Part shown: piece by piece, positions 18,625 to 26,990 of the stretch
Layout: each line of letters opens with the position of its first letter
Position numbering within the stretch: the first letter of the stretch is position 1
Origin: an uncultured Candidatus Saccharibacteria bacterium
Lineage (GTDB): Bacteria; Patescibacteriota; Minisyncoccia; Minisyncoccales; Staskawiczbacteraceae
Assembly (NCBI GenBank): GCA_964404005.1
Contig: CAYOIH010000001.1
Location: 226-64,225 of the forward strand
Direction of reading: 5' to 3'
DNA length: 64,000 nucleotides
Notes under the pieces: model-generated
Told to the model about the DNA's origin: nothing
The model's database searches: none
What the model saw: only the letters and a program-made list of their open reading frames with translations
Translations under genes and position numbers: made by a program

Positions 18625-20589
18625 ATGATGAAGCTTTTCCCCGGAAAGCATTTTTTTGTTTTCTTCGCCAGTGTTTTTATTACAGTTTTTGTGGGATTTT
18701 TTGCCTGGAGCGCAGTGATGAGCGTTGGAGGTGATTTTGTTAATAAAATTTTAAGCTACGCAGACAAAATCAGCGCAGAATTTTTTCCGGCTTCTATTTT
18801 GCAAAAAGAGCCTCAAATTGGCGATATAATATCTGACGTCAATCTTGCCTCCTATAATGATGTCGATGAAGCGCCCGCAGAAGAAGTGATACAAAATCCA
18901 CCCATTATTGAAGGAAGCAGGCAGGATTTATTAGACGATATTCAGGAAAAATTAGATATAATCCAAAGCCAGGTCAATGCTTTGCTCGAGGAAAATGGCA
19001 TGAAAGAAGACATCCAGCAGGACGACCAAGACGCAGACAAAGAAGACCAAGATAAGCAGGAAGAGGACAAAATTAAAGAAGCAGTTGTTTGTACCGGGCA
19101 AATAAATATAAATACCGCTTTGGCCGAAGATTTGGAAAAAATAACTGGAGTGGGCCCGGTAACAGCTCAAAAAATAATACAAGCCCGTCCATTTTATTCG
19201 TTTGAAGATTTGTTAAAAGTGAGCGGTATAGGAGAAAAAACTTTGCAAAAAATAATAGAGCAAGGTTGCGCTTATATCGATTCGGGTTTAGTGCCACCGG
19301 GCCCAGGGGGTACCCCGGGTGGCGGAGGTGGCGGCTCTGCGCCGGTTATTTATCCGAAAATTTTAATTTCAGAGGTGCAGATAGCTGGCGGAACCGATGA
19401 AAAACAAGAATTTGTAGAACTATACAATCCAAATAACACAGACGTTAGTCTAACTGATTGGTATCTGCAAAAGCAAACAAGCAGCGGAAATGTTAGTTAT
19501 TTTGGTAAAAAATCTTTATTTTCGGGTCAAAAAATATTTGCCAACGGGTATTTTTTAATTGCCAGGGCAGGTTATTTTTCGGATTTAAATCCTCTTTCAG
19601 TTAGCACCGCCCTTTCAGATAACAGCTCGTTAATTTTTAGAAACCCCAACGATGGTATCTCCGACGAGGTTAGCTGGTCGCAAATTCCAGCAGGTTTGTC
19701 CTGGGGGAGAAAATGGGATTCGACCAATAATACGGAACAAGATTTTGAAATAGACACCCCAACTTCAAAAACACAAAATACAGTTTTTGTACCCCCAGAT
19801 ATAACCGCGCCAATAATCACCCTAAATAGCACCTCTGAAATTACAATTGATGTCGGTGATGTTTATAACGATGCGGGAGCAACGGCCCTAGATGATATAG
19901 ACGGGGATGTCACAGCAAATATAATAGCCGTCAACCCAGTCGATGCCAATACGACAGGAGATTATATAATTACTTACAATGTTTCTGATGCGGCAGGAAA
20001 TGATGCTGTTGAAGTTACGAGGTCTATCCACGTTGTTGCAGTAGTCCCACCGCCCCCATCGCCAACAGATATAACTCCACCAACTGGGACGATAATAATA
20101 AATGATGGAGCATTATATGTGAACAATAAAAACGTAACTCTAAATCTTTCAGCAAGTGACGTTTCGGGAGTTGTGCAAATGCGATTTAGTAATGGAGGCG
20201 CATACAGCGAGTTTGAGCCATACGCTGATACAAAGCAATGGGCGTTGTCATCTTCCGGCGACGGTGATAAGACAGTCAGAGTAAAGTTTACGGATGGCGT
20301 AGGCAACGAAAATAGTCCTGGTATTCCTGCAAAAATAATTTTAGATACTGCGCCTCCGATTATCACCTTAAATGGCGATGACGTAATAAATCTTAACGTT
20401 AGCGATACATATCAAGAACTTGGTGCTGCTATTGCAGACGTAAATTCGGATGTTTTAATAATCGGTGGTGATACTGTAGATACATCTGCGTCCAATACTT
20501 TTTACATAACTTACGATACGGTTGATTTGGCAGGGAATAGTGCTATACAAGTTATAAGAACCGTAATAGTAAATGAAATAGAAAATTAA
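18625..20589 (+). CDS. membrane-anchored multidomain protein: ComEA-like HhH DNA-binding region + Gly linker + lamin-tail domain + two Ig-like (DUF5011-type) repeats
   Basis: N-terminal TM; acidic stretch; INTALAEDLEKITGVGPVTAQKII...LLKVSGIGEKTLQKI (tandem HhH as in ComEA); GGTPGGGGGG linker; ISEVQIAGGTDEKQEFVELYNPNNTDVSLTDWYLQ (LTD); two ~80-aa repeats DITAPIITLN.../DTAPPIITLNG... Confidence 0.6.
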   Translation: MMKLFPGKHFFVFFASVFITVFVGFFAWSAVMSVGGDFVNKILSYADKISAEFFPASILQKEPQIGDIISDVNLASYNDVDEAPAEEVIQNPPIIEGSRQDLLDDIQEKLDIIQSQVNALLEENGMKEDIQQDDQDADKEDQDKQEEDKIKEAVVCTGQININTALAEDLEKITGVGPVTAQKIIQARPFYSFEDLLKVSGIGEKTLQKIIEQGCAYIDSGLVPPGPGGTPGGGGGGSAPVIYPKILISEVQIAGGTDEKQEFVELYNPNNTDVSLTDWYLQKQTSSGNVSYFGKKSLFSGQKIFANGYFLIARAGYFSDLNPLSVSTALSDNSSLIFRNPNDGISDEVSWSQIPAGLSWGRKWDSTNNTEQDFEIDTPTSKTQNTVFVPPDITAPIITLNSTSEITIDVGDVYNDAGATALDDIDGDVTANIIAVNPVDANTTGDYIITYNVSDAAGNDAVEVTRSIHVVAVVPPPPSPTDITPPTGTIIINDGALYVNNKNVTLNLSASDVSGVVQMRFSNGGAYSEFEPYADTKQWALSSSGDGDKTVRVKFTDGVGNENSPGIPAKIILDTAPPIITLNGDDVINLNVSDTYQELGAAIADVNSDVLIIGGDTVDTSASNTFYITYDTVDLAGNSAIQVIRTVIVNEIEN

Positions 20590-21654
20590 ATGGATTTAGG
20601 TAATTTAGAAAAAGTTTTGGAAAATGAGCCGGAGTATCGCTTAAAACAGGCGAGAGAAGCGGTTTATAAAAATTTTATCTCTGATTGGTCAGAGGCAACT
20701 TTTTTTACAAAAGATTTACGAGATAAGTTAAATAAAGAATGTCCGCTAAAAATTGAGGCAGATGTTTTAATTTCAAAAAAAGAAGACAGCGTAAAAGCTA
20801 GGATTACCCTAAAAGACGGATTAAAAATTGAAGCTGTTTTAATGCGTCATAAAGATGGCAGGAATACCGTTTGCGTTTCTTCGCAGGTTGGATGCCCTTT
20901 GGGATGCCTTTTTTGTGCCACAGGAAAAATGGGTTTTAAAAGAAATTTAACTTCTGATGAAATTTTAGAGCAGGTGATATTTTTTAGTCGGTATCTAAAA
21001 AATATCACCCTGAGCGAAGTCGAAGGGTCATCCATGCGTGTGACTAATGTCACTTATATGGGAATGGGAGAGCCGTTTTTGAATTATGAAAATGTTTTAA
21101 AATCTATAAGAATTTTAAATAATAAAGACTTTTTTAATATCGGGGCCCGGTCAATTTCTGTTTCAACAGCTGGGATTATTGAGGGTATAAAAAAGTTTAG
21201 CGAAGAAGGTTTACAGCTAAATCTGGCGATTTCTCTACATGCGTCGAACAACGAACTCAGAAAATCTTTAATGCCAATAAGTAAAAAATATTCATTGGAA
21301 GATGTTTTAAGGGCAGTTGATGAATATATTGAGAAAACTAAAAGAAAAGTGATGTTTGAGTATGTTTTAATTGACGGCGTTAACGACTCTGAAGAACACG
21401 CTCAAGAGCTAGCAAAATTAATGCGCAACCCTTCGACTTCGCTCAGGGCAAGGAAATTATATTTTTTAAACTTAATTCTTTACAACGCAACCCCGCCTTC
21501 TTCGGGGCAAGCAGAAATATTTAAGCCTTCAAAAACAAAAAACGTTGAAAAGTTTAAATCTATTTTAGAAAAAAACAAGGTTAATTTTGTTCAGCGTTAC
21601 AGGTTTGGTGATGACATAAACGCGGCTTGTGGGCAATTTGTCACCAATAAATAA
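20590..21654 (+). CDS. rlmN: 23S rRNA/tRNA adenine-C2 methyltransferase RlmN (radical SAM)
   Basis: VCVSSQVGCPLGCLFCATG radical-SAM cluster, MGMGEPFLNYENV; contains two family-1 repeat copies in opposite orientation. Confidence 0.8.
   Translation: MDLGNLEKVLENEPEYRLKQAREAVYKNFISDWSEATFFTKDLRDKLNKECPLKIEADVLISKKEDSVKARITLKDGLKIEAVLMRHKDGRNTVCVSSQVGCPLGCLFCATGKMGFKRNLTSDEILEQVIFFSRYLKNITLSEVEGSSMRVTNVTYMGMGEPFLNYENVLKSIRILNNKDFFNIGARSISVSTAGIIEGIKKFSEEGLQLNLAISLHASNNELRKSLMPISKKYSLEDVLRAVDEYIEKTKRKVMFEYVLIDGVNDSEEHAQELAKLMRNPSTSLRARKLYFLNLILYNATPPSSGQAEIFKPSKTKNVEKFKSILEKNKVNFVQRYRFGDDINAACGQFVTNK
21006..21027 (-). repeat. family-1 repeat copy (in rlmN, antisense)
   Basis: revcomp = cccttcgacttcgctcagggtg. 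Confidence 0.8.
21429..21453 (+). repeat. family-1 repeat copy (in rlmN, sense)
   Basis: cccttcgacttcgctcagggcaagg. Confidence 0.8.
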
Positions 21655-21688
21655 ACAAAAAACCGAGCCACCGAGCTCGGTTTTTTGT
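21655..21688 (+). terminator. Rho-independent terminator
   Basis: aaaaaaccgagccaccgagctcggttttttg. Confidence 0.75.
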
Positions 21689-21757
21689 TTGGTTATCCAC
21701 AGGTGAAGTATTTCTAAGATTATGATACAATTACAAAACGCATAAAAATGCGCTTTA

Positions 21758-21871
21758 CCCCGTTAGAGATCATTAGGGGTAGGGTTTAGTTATTTTTAAA
21801 TATTGCGAATCAGTTTTGGATCGTAAAGACGTTTTTTAAATTTTTTTGTGGGCAATAAATCTCTAACGGGG
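21758..21871. repeat. family-2 inverted-repeat element (13-nt perfect TIRs, 88-nt spacer)
   Basis: ccccgttagagat (21758-21770) ... atctctaacgggg (21859-21871). Confidence 0.55.
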
Positions 21872-21906
21872 TTTACTTTTATTTTTTTTCTTGTTAGATT
21901 TTAGGA

Positions 21907-22632
21907 ATGCAAGATAAATTTCTAAACCCCGTTAGAAAGGCCGAGTTATCTGGACAAGATAATGTTTTTGGAAATAATGAGAAAGAAATACAACATGGAC
22001 AATCATTTTTAGAAATTTCTAAAAAAGAAATTTCTAAAAACAGGCTTTCTAACGGGGTAAAACTAACAAACACAGTTTATAAAGTGCTTGAGTTTTTTCC
22101 GGAATCAGATCCGTTAAAAAACAGGGCAAAAGATCGGGTGTTATCCATAATGGAGTATCTGACACTGATTGATAAAGGCAGTAATGATTCTGTAATTAAA
22201 ACTCATATTTCAGAAGATATAGATGTGCTTTTGGGCTATCTTTGGATAGGCAAATCGCAGGGTTGGTTAAACTCGTCTAACTGCCTTATAATCTCTAATG
22301 AATATGAAAAAATAACCCTTCAGCTTCGTTCAGGGCAGGAAAAAGAAATAGAACCGGCGATACCCGACAAAAGTCCCGCCGTTGCGGGACAATTTGACGG
22401 GCCCGCCATAATCTCGCCAATGGCGAGTTTGGGCGGGGAGCAGTTAGGCACTCGGCAGAAAAAAATTCTTGAATTTTTAGGTAAAAATGAAAAAGCGCAG
22501 GTTATGGATTTACGGGCGATATTGTCGGATGTCACAAAGAGAACCATAAGAAGGGATTTAGACGAATTACTTGAAGCCGGTAAAATAGTAAGATTGGGGG
22601 AGTTTAATCAAGTTTTTTACAAGACTAAGTGA
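21907..22632 (+). CDS. hypothetical protein with C-terminal winged-helix/DeoR-like HTH; N-terminal ~50 codons overlap a family-2 IR element so true start uncertain
   Basis: C-terminus QKKILEFLGKNEKAQVMDLRAILSDVTKRTIRRDLDELLEAGKIV is DeoR-N/HTH-like; carries family-1 copy (LQLRSGQ). Confidence 0.4.
   Translation: MQDKFLNPVRKAELSGQDNVFGNNEKEIQHGQSFLEISKKEISKNRLSNGVKLTNTVYKVLEFFPESDPLKNRAKDRVLSIMEYLTLIDKGSNDSVIKTHISEDIDVLLGYLWIGKSQGWLNSSNCLIISNEYEKITLQLRSGQEKEIEPAIPDKSPAVAGQFDGPAIISPMASLGGEQLGTRQKKILEFLGKNEKAQVMDLRAILSDVTKRTIRRDLDELLEAGKIVRLGEFNQVFYKTK
21927..22058. repeat. family-2 inverted-repeat element (13-nt perfect TIRs, 106-nt spacer)
   Basis: ccccgttagaaag (21927-21939) ... ctttctaacgggg (22046-22058). 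Confidence 0.55.
22317..22339 (+). repeat. family-1 repeat copy (in HTH ORF)
   Basis: ccttcagcttcgttcagggcagg. Confidence 0.75.
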
Positions 22633-22778
22633 TAGGACAAGGTGGGACAAAGATATATATAGATAGGACATTAAGTTAAATAGGTATGTCCTACCTGCCT
22701 CGCCAGTCAAGGCGGTGGTCTAAAATATGGGTAAAAAGCTTGTGTTTTTATAATATTTGTGCTAATATTTAACCTTAA

Positions 22779-23306
22779 ATGGCAGATAGCCTAAACGAAC
22801 AATTTAGCCAGATTTACGACCAATATATTGATAAAATATATAGGTTTGTTTATTTAAAGGTCAGCTCCCAAGAAATGGCCGAGGATATTGTGTCTAAGGT
22901 GTTTTTAAGGGGTTTTGAGGCCTATAAGGCTCAATATCAAACACCCAACACCCAACACCCAATTCAAAATCCGGGTGCCTTTCTATACCAAATAGCCAGA
23001 AACGCGGTTGTAGACCACTACAGAGACAAGGGGAGGTCAAAGGTTGTATCGGTTGACCTTGGCCCGGAAATAGTTGACCCGGGGACAAATGCCCAGGATA
23101 AGGCTATTTTAAGCGCTGATATTACTAATATTAGAAAGGCCATACAAAAGCTTAAAAAAGAGCACCAGGACATAATTATATGGCATTATTTAGAGGATAT
23201 GCCAATTACTGATATCGCCGAGCTATTGGGCAAGCCGGCTGGGACAGTGAGGGTGGCACTGCATAGGGGGCTAAAAGAGCTTAAAGATATAATCCAAGAG
23301 TCATAA
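22779..23306 (+). CDS. ECF-subfamily RNA polymerase sigma-70 factor
   Basis: region 2 (FLYQIARNAVVDHYRDKGR) and region 4 HTH (ITDIAELLGKPAGTVRVALHRGLKELK). Confidence 0.8.
   Translation: MADSLNEQFSQIYDQYIDKIYRFVYLKVSSQEMAEDIVSKVFLRGFEAYKAQYQTPNTQHPIQNPGAFLYQIARNAVVDHYRDKGRSKVVSVDLGPEIVDPGTNAQDKAILSADITNIRKAIQKLKKEHQDIIIWHYLEDMPITDIAELLGKPAGTVRVALHRGLKELKDIIQES
22941..22962 (+). repeat. 7-nt tandem repeat (cacccaa x3) inside ECF sigma coding sequence
   Basis: a|cacccaa|cacccaa|cacccaa; gain/loss of one unit would frameshift. Confidence 0.7.
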
Positions 23307-23342
23307 TCTACAGATTCCCGGAGTCTGTAATTGCTCAAGGCT

Positions 23343-23353
23343 TCTAACGGGGT
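23343..23353. repeat. solo half-site of family-2 element
   Basis: ttctaacgggg without partner within 300 nt. Confidence 0.35.
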
Positions 23354-23397
23354 GTAACAAAACAGCCATCTCAAGCGTCATACTTATAAAGCACACA

Positions 23398-24159
23398 ATG
23401 ACAAAAATAACACAAAAAAAACTTATAGAGTCGTTGTCGCAACTCAAAGAAATAAAACCCAGGAAAGAATGGGCTGTTTTGCTTAAGTCGCAAATCTTGG
23501 CTTCGCCCGCCGAAGCTTTAGCGCAGGAGGGCAGAAAAGCATTGGTTCAAAAAACCAGTATTTTAGATATTTTCTCTTCGGTGTTCTTCCCCTTCGGCGG
23601 GCTCAGGGCAGGCAGAAAATTGGCATATGCTTTTTCAGTCATTCTTTTGTTTGTTGTAGGGGTTTTTGGGTTTGCTGAATATACAGTTCCCGGGGACATG
23701 CTATTCCCGATGAAAAAAATTGCCGAGCAGTCGCAGGCAGCTTTGACAGGACAAACCAAATTAAATCAAGACGTCGCAACGCTAAATAGCAGAATAAACG
23801 ATTTGGCCCAAGTTGCAAAAGCAGGGAGAAAAGACAACATTCCTTCGGCAATAAGTGAGGTTTCAGCAAACGCATCACAGTTGGCAAAAAGCTTAAAAGA
23901 TAATCCTGTAAACGACCCGCAGACACTTAAAGAAATTGCGATTAGTTTAAAAACATTAGCCGACGTACAGGGAACTGACTTAACCGCTACGCCTGGCATA
24001 AGCGACCTTTATCAGACATTAGACCAAAACGAGATTAACGATTACCAAAAAACAACTTTAACAGAAGACCAGCAGAATATATTGGCTGAAGCAGAAGATT
24101 TATACAGTCAGGGGAAATATTATGAAGCGTTCGAAAAAATATTAACAATAGGTAATTAA
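23398..24159 (+). CDS. putative membrane-anchored anti-sigma factor (by position downstream of ECF sigma)
   Basis: single TM (YAFSVILLFVVGVFGFA) after a short cytoplasmic N-domain; carries family-1 copy (FPFGGLRAG). Confidence 0.35.
   Translation: MTKITQKKLIESLSQLKEIKPRKEWAVLLKSQILASPAEALAQEGRKALVQKTSILDIFSSVFFPFGGLRAGRKLAYAFSVILLFVVGVFGFAEYTVPGDMLFPMKKIAEQSQAALTGQTKLNQDVATLNSRINDLAQVAKAGRKDNIPSAISEVSANASQLAKSLKDNPVNDPQTLKEIAISLKTLADVQGTDLTATPGISDLYQTLDQNEINDYQKTTLTEDQQNILAEAEDLYSQGKYYEAFEKILTIGN
23591..23613 (+). repeat. family-1 repeat copy (in putative anti-sigma gene)
   Basis: ccttcggcgggctcagggcaggc. Confidence 0.8.
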
Positions 24160-24217
24160 AATTATAACTGACTCGGCAAGAAACTCGTACTTTTTTGCCG
24201 ATTATTAAAAAAATAAC

Positions 24218-24357
24218 ATTTGACGAGTCGTTTGTTCGTGATTAGTACGCTCGCCCCGTTAGAAATCTGCGGTAAAAACCGCGAATTTCTAACGGGGTAA
24301 ATCGCGAGCTATAGATAAATTAAATATTTGACGAGTCGTTTGTTCGTGATTAGTACG
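24218..24357 (+). repeat. 32-nt perfect direct repeat (24218-24249 / 24326-24357) flanking a family-2 IR element (24254-24296)
   Basis: atttgacgagtcgtttgttcgtgattagtacg x2; between them ccccgttagaaat-ctgcggtaaaaaccgcga-atttctaacgggg. Confidence 0.65.
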
Positions 24358-24474
24358 TAAAATCATGAACGATATAAGGTCGACCGACGAGAAATAAAAA
24401 ACTTAATCAATAATTTCTTATTTACTTAAATATTTATATTTAAATAAACAAGAAAAAAAATAAATAACACAAAA

Positions 24475-26424
24475 ATGAGTATTAAAAGAACAATTATAAC
24501 AACCATATTGGCATTGGCCTTGGTTGCAACAGTTGCTCCTGCAACAACTCAAGCTACAACAATTGACGATTTGTTAGTTCAAATCGCTTCACTTCAAGCT
24601 CAGTTGGTAGCCCTACAAGGAGGCAGCAGCACACCAGTTCCAACTGGAATAGTTGCTTGCTCAGGAGTTACATTCACAAGAGATTTAACAGTTGGCGCAA
24701 CAGGATCAGATGTAAAATGCTTACAGGTCCTTTTAAACACCAACGGCTATACACTTGCAACAGCAGGAGCAGGATCACCTGGGATGGAAACATCTTACTT
24801 TGGTCCAATAACCTTGTCGGCTGTTAGAGCATTCCAGGCAGCAAAAGGATGGACACCTGCAAATCAGGTTGGCCCATTAACAAGAGCAGCATTAAATACA
24901 CTTATCGGTACAACACCGACAACACCAGTTACCCCAACAGCAGGATGCCCGGCAGGAGCAGTTTATAACTCCGTAACCGGAGCATTATGCACAGTAGCAA
25001 CACCTGGAGCAACAGGATTTATTGATGCAGGTACATTGTCTCCTTCGCCAGCAGATAACGCAAATGTTATAACAACATCAAACGTTCCTGTGTTAGGATT
25101 AAATGTTAAAGCAATCGGCTCTAACATGACAGTTACCAGCGCAAAGGTTCAGTTAGCAATAAGTACTGGAGAGCATCCAGCCAACGTAGTGCAAAACCTT
25201 TATGTCTATGACGGAAGCACATTATTGGGTTCATACCCGGTTAATACAAGCACCGTTGTCAAGACCACAACCACTTACTATTTAATCTTGTCAGGATTCA
25301 ACTTTATGGTTCCTGTCAACACTACAAAAGTATTGACTGTTACAGCTGACTTCAATCCATCATTAGAAACAAGCAGAACCCTAACAGTTAACTTGGTTGA
25401 TACGTCTTCATTAAGAGCAGTTGACGGAGCCGGAGTATATACAACCGGTGGCGTAGCTACAGCCAGAACCTACGTAATAGCATACGCAACTGTTGGAACC
25501 TCAACACTGGCAGTTACCACTAACGTTTCTACTCTTGATTCAACTTCGGTTAATGTAAACCACACCAGCGGCAGAACAGATGTTCCAATGTTTATTTTCA
25601 GCGCAAAATCGTCAACAGGAGCTTCTACAATAACAGACTTAGTCCTTACAGCTCAGGGAGATGCCACAGGAATTGCATCAATGTCAGCTGTAAAATTGTA
25701 TGACGGTTCAACATTATTGGGTTCGGTTGCATTAAGCAGCGCAGTATCTGGAGCAACAGCTACATTTACTGACCTTTCAATCCCTGTAGCAAAAGATGCT
25801 ACAAAAACATTTACTGTAAAGGCAGACTTTTCAGCAGCTGTAACTCAAAGCACTTTGGGTGTAAACTTGTCTATATTAATTCCGGCTCACGACGTTACTT
25901 TCGACGAACCGAATTTGACATCAGCACATCCTACAGCATCTGCAGCAGTCTCCGGAAACGCTATGTATTTGTATGACGGTGTAGCAACAACATTTACACT
26001 TGTTAGCGCATCATCTTTATATGAATACAACTCCACAGTGCCGTCAACGTCTTGGACAACAGGTACAATTACCTTGAAGGTTCACTCAGACGGTGGAACT
26101 ACAGTAATGCCACTTTCTGCGCACTTCACAGTTAATGCCTACAGAAACGGTAGCTCAATGGGAGCAGCAGTCACACAGTCTATTACAGTAACACCAGAGT
26201 CTACTATTTCTGATGGCAGTGACGCAGTAGTAGTTATCAATCTTTCAGAGCCAGTAGGATCTGTGGCAGCCGGCGTGGTAGACTCTTTCTCTGGCACTGG
26301 TGCTATTGATTTCAGAGTAGACAGCATTTCATGGCAGTGTTCAGATGGTACACTTACATCCACAGAAGCAAGTCAGGATTGGGGAATATCTACCTTCAAG
26401 ACACCTACAGCAAACGCTCAGTAA
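24475..26424 (+). CDS. secreted Thr/Ser/Ala-rich surface protein with N-terminal peptidoglycan-binding domain (PG_binding_1) and three ~150-aa beta-rich repeats
   Basis: signal peptide; GATGSDVKCLQVLLNTNGY...FGPITLSAVRAFQAAKGW (PGBD); repeated YVYDGSTLLGS / KLYDGSTLLGS / YLYDGVATT modules. Confidence 0.55.
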   Translation: MSIKRTIITTILALALVATVAPATTQATTIDDLLVQIASLQAQLVALQGGSSTPVPTGIVACSGVTFTRDLTVGATGSDVKCLQVLLNTNGYTLATAGAGSPGMETSYFGPITLSAVRAFQAAKGWTPANQVGPLTRAALNTLIGTTPTTPVTPTAGCPAGAVYNSVTGALCTVATPGATGFIDAGTLSPSPADNANVITTSNVPVLGLNVKAIGSNMTVTSAKVQLAISTGEHPANVVQNLYVYDGSTLLGSYPVNTSTVVKTTTTYYLILSGFNFMVPVNTTKVLTVTADFNPSLETSRTLTVNLVDTSSLRAVDGAGVYTTGGVATARTYVIAYATVGTSTLAVTTNVSTLDSTSVNVNHTSGRTDVPMFIFSAKSSTGASTITDLVLTAQGDATGIASMSAVKLYDGSTLLGSVALSSAVSGATATFTDLSIPVAKDATKTFTVKADFSAAVTQSTLGVNLSILIPAHDVTFDEPNLTSAHPTASAAVSGNAMYLYDGVATTFTLVSASSLYEYNSTVPSTSWTTGTITLKVHSDGGTTVMPLSAHFTVNAYRNGSSMGAAVTQSITVTPESTISDGSDAVVVINLSEPVGSVAAGVVDSFSGTGAIDFRVDSISWQCSDGTLTSTEASQDWGISTFKTPTANAQ

Positions 26425-26467
26425 TTATTGCTAATATGCCTTCTTGTGAAAGGTGTATAGCATAACC

Positions 26468-26494
26468 AAAAAGCCACCTTCGGGTGGCTTTTTG
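26468..26494. terminator. bidirectional Rho-independent terminator between convergent genes
   Basis: aaaaagccaccttcgggtggctttttgg. Confidence 0.8.
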
Positions 26495-26570
26495 GTTCAC
26501 GGATTATACTGATAATAGCTGATTTATACTGATAAATTAAACTATCCGCATAAATCAGTCGAAATCTGCA

Positions 26571-26990
26571 TTAATCAGCGTTATTTAATGTCTTAATAGT
26601 ATGTATATATCTTTTAATTATTATTTTCTGTGGGCTGAAATTTATTAGAAATCCTAATTGGTATTTTGACCCTTTCAAGTACCCCCAGAATTGCTTTTCA
26701 TCTTCTTTGGTTGTAAATGACTTAGATTTTAATTCTACTATAATTTTGTTTTCCACAATTATATCCGGAATGTATACGCCAATTTTTTCGTTATTATAGT
26801 AGATATCAATTCTTTTTTCTTTTTCTATTGCCAAGTCGGAAGAAGTTAATTCATTGCATAACGCTCGCTGTATAATTTTTTCTTTAATTCCTCCGCCCAG
26901 AGCATTGTAAACTTTAAAACAAGCCCCTCTGATTTTATAGGATTCTTTTTCATATAATAAATTATCTGTATAAATCTGTTTAATCGGCAT
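26571..26990 (-). CDS. GxxExxY-family small protein (PD-(D/E)xK-like fold)
   Basis: SYKIRGACFKVYNALGGGIKEKIIQRAL ... YIPDIIVENKIIVELK pattern; flanked by 13-nt direct repeat c(c/g)gcataaatcag at 26546-26558 and 26985-26997. Confidence 0.45.
   Translation of the reverse strand: MPIKQIYTDNLLYEKESYKIRGACFKVYNALGGGIKEKIIQRALCNELTSSDLAIEKEKRIDIYYNNEKIGVYIPDIIVENKIIVELKSKSFTTKEDEKQFWGYLKGSKYQLGFLINFSPQKIIIKRYIHTIKTLNNAD

Noticed and set aside
22941-22962. CRISPR array possibility for the various short repeats
   Set aside because: No regularly spaced direct repeats of 25-40 nt with unique spacers anywhere; tandem and dispersed repeats seen do not fit CRISPR architecture; no cas genes.
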